From positions 13,979 to 77,978 of the forward strand of contig JAQXOE010000006.1 in assembly GCA_029098505.1 (NCBI GenBank): a stretch of 64,000 bases of DNA. Direction: 5' to 3'. The position numbers were made by a program, and so were the translations under genes. Source of the stretch: Bacteroidales bacterium (lineage in GTDB: Bacteria > Bacteroidota > Bacteroidia > Bacteroidales > UBA932). The notes beneath the pieces were generated by a model that had not been told where the DNA came from, searched no databases, and saw nothing but the letters and a program-made list of their open reading frames with translations. This document shows, piece by piece, positions 6,949 through 15,691 of this stretch. Every line of letters starts with the position of its first letter. Positions within the stretch are counted from its first letter, which is position 1.

Positions 6949-8091
6949 CTACTTGAAAAGGAGCTGTGCAAAGGTGTTGAGATAAAGTCTCCAGTTTGCC
7001 CAAACGTGGCCACCGTCACTTGCATAGAGGGTGTGCTCCATACCGTTGCGGGTGAGAGCCTTGTCGAGAACCTCAGTACCAGGCCATGCGAAGTCAGCAG
7101 TACCGCAACCAATCCAATAAAGCTTGTAACCAGCCTTCTTGATGCCCTGAAGTGATGCATCGAGAGTCTCGCTCTCCTGAATACCGCAACTCATAGGGCA
7201 GATGTAAGAGAATACACCAGGATAGAGGATGGTAGCTGAAGTGGTGTGACCGCCACCCATTGAAAGACCTGCAATAGCGCGTGATGCAGGCTTAGGGATA
7301 GCTCTGTATTCTTTCTCGATGAAAGGAATAATCTCCTCAACGAGGCTCTTTACATATGCGTTTGCAAATGCAGGGTCGTTGCGGTCAAGGTTCTTCACAT
7401 CAAGTCCGAGAGGAGCAGCTGCCTGCTGTCCAGGGTTTCCATTAGGCATAACAACGATCATAGGCTTTGCAAGACCCTTCTCGATGAGATTGTCAAGAAT
7501 CTGAGCTGCACGACCCATTGAAGTCCAAGCCTCTTCGTCACCGCCGCCACCGTGGAGGAGGTAAAGAACAGGATACTTCTGCTTAGGGTTTGCCTCATAA
7601 CCGTAAGGAGTATAAACGGTCATTCTGCGGTTGATGCCGAGAAGCTTTGAATCATACCATCTGTATGATACAGTACCTCTCTTGTTAGCCTCATAATAGT
7701 TCTCGGTACGCTCGCCCGGAACAATGAGCATATTCAGGTAACGGGTACCGTCACGCTGTACATAATAGTTCTGAGGGTCGTTTACAGCGACACCGTCAAC
7801 AATGAAATTATAGGTATAAATCTCAGGTGAAGGCATATCAACGGTTACCTCCCAAATGCCTTTCTCACCCTTAACCATAGGGATGCCGGCTCCGTAAGGA
7901 TTCTCCATCCAGCTGCCGACGAGATTAACATAGGTAGCATAGTTTGCATTGAGACGGAAAGTAACCTTGTCACCCTGCATTTCAGGAGATTTTACCTGAG
8001 CAGCTCCGCGGCTGAAGTTAGCAAGTTCCTGAGCATTAGCCATACCCACGAAAAGAAGAAGTCCAGCTAGAATACTAGTTAGTTTTTTCAT
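6949..8091 (-). CDS. secreted alpha/beta-hydrolase esterase (esterase D / CE1-like) with an N-terminal Ig-like module
   Basis: The signal peptide is MKKLTSILAGLLLFVGMANAQ. YPVLYLLHGGGGDEEAWT and AIAGLSMGGGHT (GxSxG) mark the hydrolase domain. I set the start at ATG 8091 (MKK) rather than the upstream ORF-track start. Confidence 0.75.
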   Translation of the reverse strand: MKKLTSILAGLLLFVGMANAQELANFSRGAAQVKSPEMQGDKVTFRLNANYATYVNLVGSWMENPYGAGIPMVKGEKGIWEVTVDMPSPEIYTYNFIVDGVAVNDPQNYYVQRDGTRYLNMLIVPGERTENYYEANKRGTVSYRWYDSKLLGINRRMTVYTPYGYEANPKQKYPVLYLLHGGGGDEEAWTSMGRAAQILDNLIEKGLAKPMIVVMPNGNPGQQAAAPLGLDVKNLDRNDPAFANAYVKSLVEEIIPFIEKEYRAIPKPASRAIAGLSMGGGHTTSATILYPGVFSYICPMSCGIQESETLDASLQGIKKAGYKLYWIGCGTADFAWPGTEVLDKALTRNGMEHTLYASDGGHVWANWRLYLNTFAQLLFK

Positions 8092-8153
8092 AAACAATTG
8101 ATTTTGTGTTATTAATATTAAAATTTGACAGCTATTAAGCTGCACCTTTCCTA

Positions 8154-8161
8154 CAAATATA
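8154..8161 (-). promoter_or_regulatory. -7 box (TATATTTG) for the esterase gene
   Basis: The plus-strand sequence caaatata is the reverse complement of TAnnTTTG. It lies 62 nt upstream of the ATG at 8091. Confidence 0.4.
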
Positions 8162-8238
8162 ATTAATTTAATCTTGATTTGGAAATAATAATGCGCTTAT
8201 TGTACACAATTGTGCTAAAGAAGAGGAAAAGCATTGGT

Positions 8239-8246
8239 TATTTTTG
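8239..8246 (+). promoter_or_regulatory. -7 box (TATTTTTG) for the carboxylesterase gene
   Basis: The TAnnTTTG match lies 95 nt upstream of the ATG at 8342. Confidence 0.4.
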
Positions 8247-8341
8247 TACTGGTGTAAATACAGCATAGCGGATAGCTGTAAATGGCTGATAGGAGTAATG
8301 ACGGCATTGCACCGCATAACCGAACCAACATTGAACAAAAT

Positions 8342-9973
8342 ATGAAACGAGTACTATTGACAATCGCAGCAGTAGCTGCCCTTTTGAGTTCCTGCTGCAA
8401 CAATGGAAGCAATACCGGCGGTTGGGAAGAAAAGGACTTGCTCCAGATTGGAGACGGCATTGCCATTGCTGAAACCCAATACGGAAAGATCCAGGGTTTC
8501 ATCTACAAGGATGTCTATACTTTCCTCGGTGTGCCATACGGTGCACCTACCGGAGGTGCCAACAGATTTATGCCTCCGGTTGCTCCTGAAAAATGGGAAG
8601 GAATCAGGCCGGCAGTTTTCTGGGGCAATTCAGCACCCCAGGATGTGGAAGGCTGGTACACCAATACCGTCAGCACCTTCCTCGACCATTGGAACTACTT
8701 CGACATAAGCGAGGATTGCCTCAACCTGAACGTATGGACTCCGGGACTTGACGGCAAGAAACGTCCGGTTATGGTTTGGTTCCACGGCGGCGGCTATTCT
8801 TCCGGAAACAGCATTGAGCACGATGAATATCACGGAAACAATTTCGCACGCGAAGAAGATGCCGTATTTGTTTCAGTGAACCACAGACTGAATGCTTTCG
8901 GCTTCACCGACCTCTCCGCTTACGGTGAGAAATATGCCGCATCGGGCAATGTGGGCGTTCTCGACCTCGTAGCTTCACTCCAGTGGGTTAAGGACAATAT
9001 TGCCAATTTCGGCGGTGACCCGTCAAACGTTACCATTATGGGACAGTCGGGCGGCGGTGCAAAAGTATGCACAGTGCTCGCAATGGAATCAGCCAAGGGC
9101 TTGGTAAACAAGGCAGTGGCATTGTCCGGCAGTGCAACCAGAGCTATGGACCAGGAGGTATCAAGGGAACTTGGCGCTTATGTTCTCAAAGAGGCCGGTC
9201 TCAGCGCCAAGGATGTTGACAAACTTCAGGAGATGCCTTGGAAGGATTACCTCGCACTCTCACAGAGAGCACAGGCACGCTACGCTCAGGAGAATGCCAC
9301 CAAGAGCTCGTTCATGCGTTTCGGCTTCGCTCCGGTAGAGGACGGCGTAATCATTCCGAAGGGCGGATACTTCCAGGCCGGCGGACACGCTACTGACATC
9401 CCTGTGATTTTCAGCGTAACCAACGCAGAGCGCTCAGTAAGTATGAACAAGCCTGAGCTTGAGGATGTTGACAAGGCAGGGGCAATCGAATATTTCAAGC
9501 CGCGCTATGGAGACAAGGCTGAGGCCATCATAAATGAATGTGAAAAGGCCTTCCCTGATATGAAGCCTATTGAGTGGATCAACTACCTTGACTGGGGTAT
9601 GAGGCCTAACCAGATCGCCGCAGAGAATGCCAAGGCTGCCCAGGGAGGCGACGTCTATTCGGCGATTTTCGCTTACAACCCTCCAATCTTCAACGGCAAA
9701 CTCCGTGCATTCCATACTATGGACATTGCCTTCTGGTATCAGAATACCGATATGATGTATTCTCACACCGGCGGCGGTCCAGAGCCAAGGGCACTTGCCA
9801 CCAAGATGGGAAAGACACTCAAGCACTTTATGGAGACTGGCGACCCTAACTGCGGAGCTCTTCCTCAGTGGCCTAAGTATACGGAGGAGAACGGAACTCT
9901 TATGTGGCTTGACAAGAACAGCAAGGTATTGTCAAAGCCGGATGAGGGCATACTCAATGCCATTGCAAACTAA
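8342..9973 (+). CDS. type-B carboxylesterase/lipase family lipoprotein
   Basis: The lipoprotein signal is MKRVLLTIAAVAALLSSC. FLGVPYGAPT, NLNVWTP, VWFHGGGYSSGN and MGQSGGGA (GxSxG) match the type-B carboxylesterase pattern. Confidence 0.85.
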   Translation: MKRVLLTIAAVAALLSSCCNNGSNTGGWEEKDLLQIGDGIAIAETQYGKIQGFIYKDVYTFLGVPYGAPTGGANRFMPPVAPEKWEGIRPAVFWGNSAPQDVEGWYTNTVSTFLDHWNYFDISEDCLNLNVWTPGLDGKKRPVMVWFHGGGYSSGNSIEHDEYHGNNFAREEDAVFVSVNHRLNAFGFTDLSAYGEKYAASGNVGVLDLVASLQWVKDNIANFGGDPSNVTIMGQSGGGAKVCTVLAMESAKGLVNKAVALSGSATRAMDQEVSRELGAYVLKEAGLSAKDVDKLQEMPWKDYLALSQRAQARYAQENATKSSFMRFGFAPVEDGVIIPKGGYFQAGGHATDIPVIFSVTNAERSVSMNKPELEDVDKAGAIEYFKPRYGDKAEAIINECEKAFPDMKPIEWINYLDWGMRPNQIAAENAKAAQGGDVYSAIFAYNPPIFNGKLRAFHTMDIAFWYQNTDMMYSHTGGGPEPRALATKMGKTLKHFMETGDPNCGALPQWPKYTEENGTLMWLDKNSKVLSKPDEGILNAIAN

Positions 9974-10013
9974 TACTAATAGACACAAATCTAATATTAA
10001 ACAGAATCAAATT

Positions 10014-11372
10014 ATGAAGACAGTATTCAAAGTAATTGCAGCTGCTGCAGTTCTAACGCTTGCTACCACAACTTCATTCGCACAGAAGGGACCTCGCGGC
10101 CAGCTTATGGTCGGCGCAGCCCGTGTGGATGTCACACCTGACGAGAAAGATCTAGGACGCAACTCATACGGTATCCTCGACAGGACCAACATCAGGGCCA
10201 TCATCTTCACAAACGGTTCAAATACAGCCGGTTTCGTAAACGTGGATGGCAATATGATGGAGAGCGTCGTTGATGCAGTCAATGCAAGAGCGGAAAAGGA
10301 GCTCGGCATTCCTTCCGGCAATATTATGTATAACGGCACCCATTGCCATTCTACAGGAACGGTTCGCGGCGATGAGCTCATTGAAAGGACATACAAAGCA
10401 GTAAAGACCGCATACGAGAAGATGGTTCCTGCCAAGGTGGGATTCGGCAACGGAGTCAGCTACCTCAACGTGAAGCGCGACCTCTTCGACGCCGAGCGCG
10501 GTACCTGGTGGGAAGGCCCTGACTATGACGGAAAGTCAGACAAGACCGTCTCAGTCATTTACTTCGAGTCAATGGACGGAAAGCCAATCGCTACCTATTA
10601 CAATTACGCAATGCACGCCGTTATCACCGGACAGCTTGATATGATTACGGGGGACTTCCCTGGCAAGTCAGAGAGCTACATCGAGAGCCGCTACGGTGAC
10701 GACTTCGTGGCAATGTTCGCATCAGGTGCTGCCGGAGACCAGAATCCGCTCTATTTCCAGCAGACCTTCGACCTGAGAGACATCCGTATTGCCGATTACG
10801 CAAAGCGCGGCGAGGACATTTCAAACAAGATGCCTCCGGGAGGTGTAGGACTTGACAGGAATGACCCTGAGACTGCACGCCTTATGGAAGAGCAGAAGAA
10901 GATGGCTGAAAGCTACGGCCAGCTCCTTGGCGAGGAAGTGAAGTACGTCATTATGATGATGCGCAGATTCGAAAACAACGTCACCATCAACTGCGGACGC
11001 AAGATTGTCAGTTGCCCGGGCAGAAAGCAGCTCAATGGAGGCGGACGCGCAGGATATGCGGGAGTTTACGAGGATGCTGCTCCTATTGACATTGCACTCG
11101 GTCTTGTAATGATTGACGATATTCCTGTAACATCTGTGGCTGGTGAGGTTTACAATCAGATTGCTGTACGTCTCAAGAGAGAATCCCCTTACTCACGCAC
11201 AATAATGACCACCGTCGCTGACGGTAAGAGCGGTTGGGGTGGATACATTCCTGACGATGAGTCTTATGGCGCTGAGGTATTCGAGGTACTGGGTTCCGGC
11301 TTCAAGCAGGGTTATGCTGAGAGCGCGATTGTAAACGGCCTTCTCGACCTGATCCACGAAGCAACTCATTGA
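10014..11372 (+). CDS. secreted neutral/alkaline ceramidase N-terminal-domain-like hydrolase
   Basis: The signal peptide is MKTVFKVIAAAAVLTLATTTSFAQ. VGAARVDVTPD, NGTHCHSTG (compare THTHSGP) and SGAAGDQNP (compare GDVSPN) resemble neutral ceramidase motifs. This assignment is from memory of the family pattern only. Confidence 0.5.
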   Translation: MKTVFKVIAAAAVLTLATTTSFAQKGPRGQLMVGAARVDVTPDEKDLGRNSYGILDRTNIRAIIFTNGSNTAGFVNVDGNMMESVVDAVNARAEKELGIPSGNIMYNGTHCHSTGTVRGDELIERTYKAVKTAYEKMVPAKVGFGNGVSYLNVKRDLFDAERGTWWEGPDYDGKSDKTVSVIYFESMDGKPIATYYNYAMHAVITGQLDMITGDFPGKSESYIESRYGDDFVAMFASGAAGDQNPLYFQQTFDLRDIRIADYAKRGEDISNKMPPGGVGLDRNDPETARLMEEQKKMAESYGQLLGEEVKYVIMMMRRFENNVTINCGRKIVSCPGRKQLNGGGRAGYAGVYEDAAPIDIALGLVMIDDIPVTSVAGEVYNQIAVRLKRESPYSRTIMTTVADGKSGWGGYIPDDESYGAEVFEVLGSGFKQGYAESAIVNGLLDLIHEATH

Positions 11373-11437
11373 CAATGAGATAAGGGCAGTCTGTTGCCCA
11401 TCCCTTTCAAGGCAACTAAGACGCTTGCCAATATGAG

Positions 11438-11484
11438 GAGGATGACCAAAAAGTTCATTGGGACTTAGAGGTCATCCTCTTTTC
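11438..11484 (+). terminator. rho-independent terminator after the ceramidase-like gene
   Basis: A 10-bp stem GAGGATGACC (11438-11447) / GGTCATCCTC (11470-11479) is followed by TTTTC. Confidence 0.6.
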
Positions 11485-11536
11485 ATTATGAGTGAGGGAT
11501 AAGTGACTGTACCGCCTCTCCTTTTTGCCGTCCTAC

Positions 11537-11642
11537 GTGGGGGATAAGTGCTTGGTAATCAGCCAATTAAATGATTGTCTATGGGAAATTTTACCCATAG
11601 ACAAAGGCTTAAAGTATTGATACACAACTGGTTAAGCCCCAC
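11537..11642 (-). repeat. hairpin-forming intergenic repeat, copy 2 (106-nt core, inverted relative to copies 1 and 3)
   Basis: The reverse complement aligns with copy 1 over 106 nt with no indels, about 88/106 identical by hand count. The apex palindrome is TTGTCTATGGGAAATTTTACCCATAGACAA (11576-11605). Confidence 0.85.
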
Positions 11643-11690
11643 AACACAGACGCTGAGCCCCACAACACAGACGCTGAATCCCACAACAAA
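11635..11690. repeat. 21-bp tandem repeat, 2.7 copies (AGCCCCACAACACAGACGCTG)
   Basis: Units 11635-11655 and 11656-11676 are identical, and 11677-11690 is a partial degenerate unit. The unit is related to the units flanking copy 1 (TGCGGAGTCTCCTGTGGTGGGCT, read on the other strand). Confidence 0.85.
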
Positions 11691-11786
11691 CCGGCAAAGC
11701 GCAGCGCGCCACGGCAGTCAGCTATTGCCTCCATAGAACGAGGCGAAAAAAGTTGAAAAAATATTTGGAGATTAAAAAACAAGCGC

Positions 11787-11794
11787 TATCTTTG
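11787..11794 (+). promoter_or_regulatory. -7 box (TATCTTTG) for the SPFH / RHH operon
   Basis: The TAnnTTTG match lies 53 nt upstream of the ATG at 11848. Confidence 0.5.
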
Positions 11795-11814
11795 TGATAT
11801 CATTTTGATATCAT
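11795..11814 (+). promoter_or_regulatory. candidate operator: direct repeat TGATATCAT-TT-TGATATCAT with 11-bp phasing
   Basis: The repeats sit at 11795-11803 and 11806-11814, immediately after the -7 box. Each contains the palindrome GATATC. Confidence 0.4.
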
Positions 11815-11847
11815 ATTAAAACAGAGAAACAACTAATCACATTTGTT

Positions 11848-12783
11848 ATGGAAAAGAATAAGGAATTCAATTACAAAGGTCTGGTAATGAACGGTTTCGT
11901 TACATTGTTCATTTCCCTAGTATGGTTGGCTTGCATAATTGCTGCCGTTCCTAAAGTGGAAAGTGACTTGGGAGGCATTATCACTGCCCTGGTTGTAGTC
12001 GCCTTCATCTTCTTCAATACCGGTTTTGTCAAGCTCGAGCCTAACGAGGCTAAAGTGCTTGTCTTCTTCGGCAAGTACAGCGGCACCTTCAGCCGTACAG
12101 GTTTCTACTGGCTCAATCCTTTCCTTGTCAAGAAGAGCGTGAGCCTCCGCGCCAGAAATCTCAATCCTGAGCCTATCAAGGTCAATGACAAGGCGGGTAA
12201 TCCTATCCTCATCGGAATGGTGCTCGTTTGGAAGCTCGAGGATAGCTACAAGGCCCTCTTCGAAATTGACAGTCAGTCACTTGCATCAGGACAGGCTGCA
12301 GGCAAGGGAATGGCTACGCGCCAGCTCTCCCTCGCTTTCGAGAACTTTGTGCGCGTTCAGAGCGATGCTGCTCTCCGCCAGGTTGCCGGCGACTATGCTT
12401 ATGACAATGCCAATTCGAAGGATGAGCTCACCCTCCGTAGCAATGCAGACGAGATTAATGTTGAACTTGTTAAGACTCTCAACGAGAGGCTCGCAATGGC
12501 TGGACTTCACGTCATCGAAGCCAGAATCAACTATCTGGCATACGCTCCGGAAATTGCCGCAGTTATGCTCCGCCGCCAGCAGGCAGACGCCATTATCGGT
12601 GCTCGCGAGAAGATAGTAGAAGGTGCTGTGAGTATGGTCAAGATTGCCCTTGACAAACTTACCGATGACCATATCGTAACTCTCGATGAAGAGAGAAAGG
12701 CTGCGATGGTAAGCAATCTCCTGGTCGTTCTCTGTAGCGACGAGCAGGTTCAGCCTATTGTCAACTCCGGTTCAATCTATTGA
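11848..12783 (+). CDS. SPFH (band 7 / stomatin-prohibitin-like) domain membrane protein
   Basis: Two N-terminal TM helices are followed by KLEPNEAKVLVFFGKYSGTFSRTGFYWLNPF ... PIKVNDKAGNPILIGMVLVWKLED, which is typical of SPFH domains. Confidence 0.65.
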   Translation: MEKNKEFNYKGLVMNGFVTLFISLVWLACIIAAVPKVESDLGGIITALVVVAFIFFNTGFVKLEPNEAKVLVFFGKYSGTFSRTGFYWLNPFLVKKSVSLRARNLNPEPIKVNDKAGNPILIGMVLVWKLEDSYKALFEIDSQSLASGQAAGKGMATRQLSLAFENFVRVQSDAALRQVAGDYAYDNANSKDELTLRSNADEINVELVKTLNERLAMAGLHVIEARINYLAYAPEIAAVMLRRQQADAIIGAREKIVEGAVSMVKIALDKLTDDHIVTLDEERKAAMVSNLLVVLCSDEQVQPIVNSGSIY

Positions 12784-12784
12784 T

Positions 12785-12982
12785 ATGGCTAAGGAAGCAA
12801 GCAAAAGCTTTGTCCTCCGCATTGACAGTGAAACAATGGAAGCGATTGAGCGTTGGGCTGCGGACGAGTTCCGCAGCACCAACGGTCAGCTCCAATGGAT
12901 TATCAATGAAGCACTTAAAAAGAGCGGAAGGCTCAAAAAGAAAGCTCCTGCAAGCAGTGCGGGCGATGAAGGTCAGGACTGA
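12785..12982 (+). CDS. small Arc/MetJ-type ribbon-helix-helix DNA-binding protein
   Basis: MAKEASKSFVLRIDSETMEAIERWAADEFRSTNGQLQWIINEALKK fits a beta-strand / helix / helix pattern. The gene starts 1 nt after the SPFH stop codon. Confidence 0.5.
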   Translation: MAKEASKSFVLRIDSETMEAIERWAADEFRSTNGQLQWIINEALKKSGRLKKKAPASSAGDEGQD

Positions 12983-13030
12983 TTCCGGCCAAAAACGAAA
13001 CAATAGAGTAAATCACAAAGTCAACAATTG

Positions 13031-13615
13031 ATGAAAACATTAAGATCAGCCATCCTTGCAGGCATCTGCATAGGAATTGCAGGCTTCGGTTATCTGGCCA
13101 TTGGCGGGATAGCCGGAGCTGCACTTTTCAGCTGCGGCCTCATTGCCGTAGTGTCTTACAAATTCAAACTCTTCACCGGCACGGCAGGATTCTTCGTCAA
13201 GGGAGAACTCGGCCAGCTTGGAATCATTCTCATTGGCAATATCATCGGCTGCCTGCTGATGTCGCTGATGGCAAGAGTATCCCCTATGCCACTCCAGGAA
13301 GCTGCAGAAAAGATTCTCAGCTCCAGATTGTCAACAGGTCCTTTGAAGGCCGGCATACTGGCAATAGGCTGCGGCTTCCTGATGACGACCGCCGTCACCT
13401 TCGCACGACGTGACAAGTGGCTGCCTCTGCTCTTCTGCGTACCTATGTTCATCGTTTGCGGTTTCCCGCACTGCATTGCCGATGTCTTCTACTATCTCAG
13501 CTGCAGTCTCGACTTCTGGCAAACGCAGGTTTGGAGCATATTGCTCCTCTACCTCTGCATAGTCCTTGGCAATTTCATTGGCTGCAATATCTATCGCATC
13601 CTGCTTCCGGAATGA
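13031..13615 (+). CDS. short formate/nitrite-transporter (FNT)-family-like membrane protein
   Basis: It has six predicted TM segments. KLFTGTAGF and CGFPHCIADVFYY resemble the FNT L-F-T-G and central-His (EHSIAN) regions. At 194 aa it is shorter than the usual ~260-280 aa. Confidence 0.45.
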   Translation: MKTLRSAILAGICIGIAGFGYLAIGGIAGAALFSCGLIAVVSYKFKLFTGTAGFFVKGELGQLGIILIGNIIGCLLMSLMARVSPMPLQEAAEKILSSRLSTGPLKAGILAIGCGFLMTTAVTFARRDKWLPLLFCVPMFIVCGFPHCIADVFYYLSCSLDFWQTQVWSILLLYLCIVLGNFIGCNIYRILLPE

Positions 13616-13622
13616 GGAAAGT

Positions 13623-13649
13623 CCAGGAGCTTATTTTAAAAGCTCCTGG
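13623..13649. terminator. perfect 10-bp palindromic hairpin between convergent genes (putative bidirectional terminator)
   Basis: The stem is CCAGGAGCTT (13623-13632) / AAGCTCCTGG (13640-13649) with loop ATTTTAA. It overlaps the htpG stop codon. Neither side has a clear U-tract. Confidence 0.35.
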
Positions 13650-15484
13650 CTGCGGGCGATAAAGTCTGCCAGCGCCTTGCCCTTAAGCATCCCGTTGGAG
13701 AGCAGGGCGAGGTCGGTGAGCTGGCGGAGAAGCGGGCTTTCCTTGTCATTGGCCTCAACAACCTTCTGAATCAGAGGGTTTTCCATATTGACAATGATAT
13801 TGTAGGCCTGAGGAAGCTCACCGTAGAAGTTGAGACCTCCGTTGAGTGCGCTCATCTCGCGGTAGCGGCGCATAAACTCGCTCTGGGTGATGAGGATAGG
13901 CTCAGCGTTCTCACCCAGATTCTGTGCCTCGACCTGATAGTCATTGCCCTCAGGCAGTACTGACTTGAAGAGTTCAGAGAGTTCCTTCTGCTTTTCTTCA
14001 CTGAGCTCAGGCTTCAGCTTATCCTCCTTAGGGATGAGGTTGTCAATGCTGTCAGAGTCGACGCGTGCGAAGCGGCTGTCAGCAATCTTCTGCTCAAGCA
14101 GGTTGACGAAGTGGGAGTCGAGTTCGCAATCGAGAAGTAGGACATCATAGCCCTTGTTCTTTGCGCGTTCAATGTAAGGATACTGGGCCTCCACATTGGT
14201 TGCATAGAGATACACGACCTTCTTGTCCTTGTCAGTCTGCTCTGTCTCGATGGCCTTGCGGTAATCCTCGAGGCTGAAATACTTGCCGTCAGTATTCTTC
14301 AGAAGGGCGAAGCTGAGTCCCCTCTCTCCGAACTTTTCATCGGTGAGCATTCCGTACTCGATGAAGAGCTTGAGATTATCCCATTTGCTCTCATACTGCT
14401 CACGCTCGTTCTTGAATATATCTTCCAGTCTGTCAGCGACTTTCTTGGTAATATAGGTAGAAATCTTCTTCACATTCGCATCGCTCTGCAGGTAGCTGCG
14501 GGAAACATTCAGAGGGATGTCAGGTGAGTCGATTACACCGTGAAGCAGGGTAAGGAAGTCAGGGACTATATTGTCAACGTGATCGGTTACGAACATCTGG
14601 TTGCAATAAAGCTGTATCTTATGCTTATCCACTGCCATCCTTTCCTTGAGCTTAGGGAAATAAAGGACACCGGTGAGATTGAACGGATAATCCACGTTCA
14701 GGTGAATGTGGAACATAGGCTCGTCCTCCATAGGATAGAGGCTCTTGTAGAACTTCATATAGTCCTCGTCGCTAAGTGATGACGGTGCCTTGGTCCAGAT
14801 AGGCTCAATTTTGTTGATGACATTGTCCTTGTCAGTATCCTCATACTTGCCGTCCTTCCACTCCTGTTCCTTTCCGAAGACTACAGGCACAGGCATAAAC
14901 TTGCAATACTTGTCCAAAAGCTGCTGAATGCGGGTCTTGGATGCAAACTCTGCAGAATCTGCGTCGATATAGAGGGTAATGACAGTGCCCCTGTCTGCCT
15001 TGTCGCATTCATCCAGGCTATACTCAGGACTGCCGTCACAGCTCCACTTTACAGCCTTTGCTCCCTCTTTCCAGGAAAGTGTCTCTATAGTGACTTTCTC
15101 TGAAACCATAAAGGCAGAATAGAAACCGAGACCGAAGTGGCCGATAATGCTGCCTATCTGATCCTTGTACTTCTCAAGAAACTCACCGGCTGATGAAAAG
15201 GCAATCTGGTTGATGTACTTATCGACTTCCTCTTCGGTCATTCCTATACCGTTATCCTTGATTTTCAGCGTCTTGGACGCTTCATCAAGTTCGATTTCCA
15301 CTTTCAGTTCGCCCAAGTCGCCGGTAAACTCACCGCTCAGGGCAAGGGCCTTCATCTTCTGTGAAGCATCGACCGCATTGGCCACAAGTTCACGAAGGAA
15401 GATTTCGTGGTCGCTATAAAGAAACTGTTTGATTACCGGGAAAATATTCTCGGTTGTTACTCCGATTTTGCCTTTGTTTTCCAT
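13631..15484 (-). CDS. htpG: molecular chaperone HtpG (Hsp90)
   Basis: MENKGKIGVTTENIFPVIKQFLYSDHEIFLRELVANAVDASQK and GHFGLGFYSAFMV are HtpG hallmarks. The ORF-track N-terminal extension to 16501 is antisense to the HAD gene, so I rejected it. Confidence 0.95.
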   Translation of the reverse strand: MENKGKIGVTTENIFPVIKQFLYSDHEIFLRELVANAVDASQKMKALALSGEFTGDLGELKVEIELDEASKTLKIKDNGIGMTEEEVDKYINQIAFSSAGEFLEKYKDQIGSIIGHFGLGFYSAFMVSEKVTIETLSWKEGAKAVKWSCDGSPEYSLDECDKADRGTVITLYIDADSAEFASKTRIQQLLDKYCKFMPVPVVFGKEQEWKDGKYEDTDKDNVINKIEPIWTKAPSSLSDEDYMKFYKSLYPMEDEPMFHIHLNVDYPFNLTGVLYFPKLKERMAVDKHKIQLYCNQMFVTDHVDNIVPDFLTLLHGVIDSPDIPLNVSRSYLQSDANVKKISTYITKKVADRLEDIFKNEREQYESKWDNLKLFIEYGMLTDEKFGERGLSFALLKNTDGKYFSLEDYRKAIETEQTDKDKKVVYLYATNVEAQYPYIERAKNKGYDVLLLDCELDSHFVNLLEQKIADSRFARVDSDSIDNLIPKEDKLKPELSEEKQKELSELFKSVLPEGNDYQVEAQNLGENAEPILITQSEFMRRYREMSALNGGLNFYGELPQAYNIIVNMENPLIQKVVEANDKESPLLRQLTDLALLSNGMLKGKALADFIARSQELLK

Positions 15485-15677
15485 TTTGTTTATCTTTTTT
15501 TTCAGTTTATATCTCCTTGTTTTCCCCGGCTCAAGGCAGCTCTTCCTGCCGTGTCCGGGCGAAGTGATAAGACCAAATAGCGTTCCATCCTGAAAAGACT
15601 GACTTTTTGGCAGGCCCAGTAAATAAAAAGCCAAGTGAAAAAGCTTGGGAAGAGTGTTGAAAAACGCACAGAATGAG

Positions 15678-15685
15678 TATCTTTG
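15678..15685 (+). promoter_or_regulatory. -7 box (TATCTTTG) immediately upstream of the HAD-uvrB transcription unit
   Basis: The TAnnTTTG match lies only 6 nt before the ATG at 15692, implying a leaderless or near-leaderless mRNA. Confidence 0.35.
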
Positions 15686-15691
15686 TGTATT

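Noticed and set aside
11635-11690. I considered the tandem 21-bp repeat as a possible CRISPR array.
   Set aside because: The units are contiguous with no spacers, there are only 2.7 copies, and no cas genes are in the window. It is a simple tandem duplication attached to the hairpin repeat.
13610-13650. AGGAAAGTCCAGG resembles the GGAAAGUCC core of RNase P RNA.
   Set aside because: It is the last codons of the FNT-like gene running into a simple 10-bp palindromic hairpin. None of the other RNase P conserved regions are present in the 15-nt intergenic gap.
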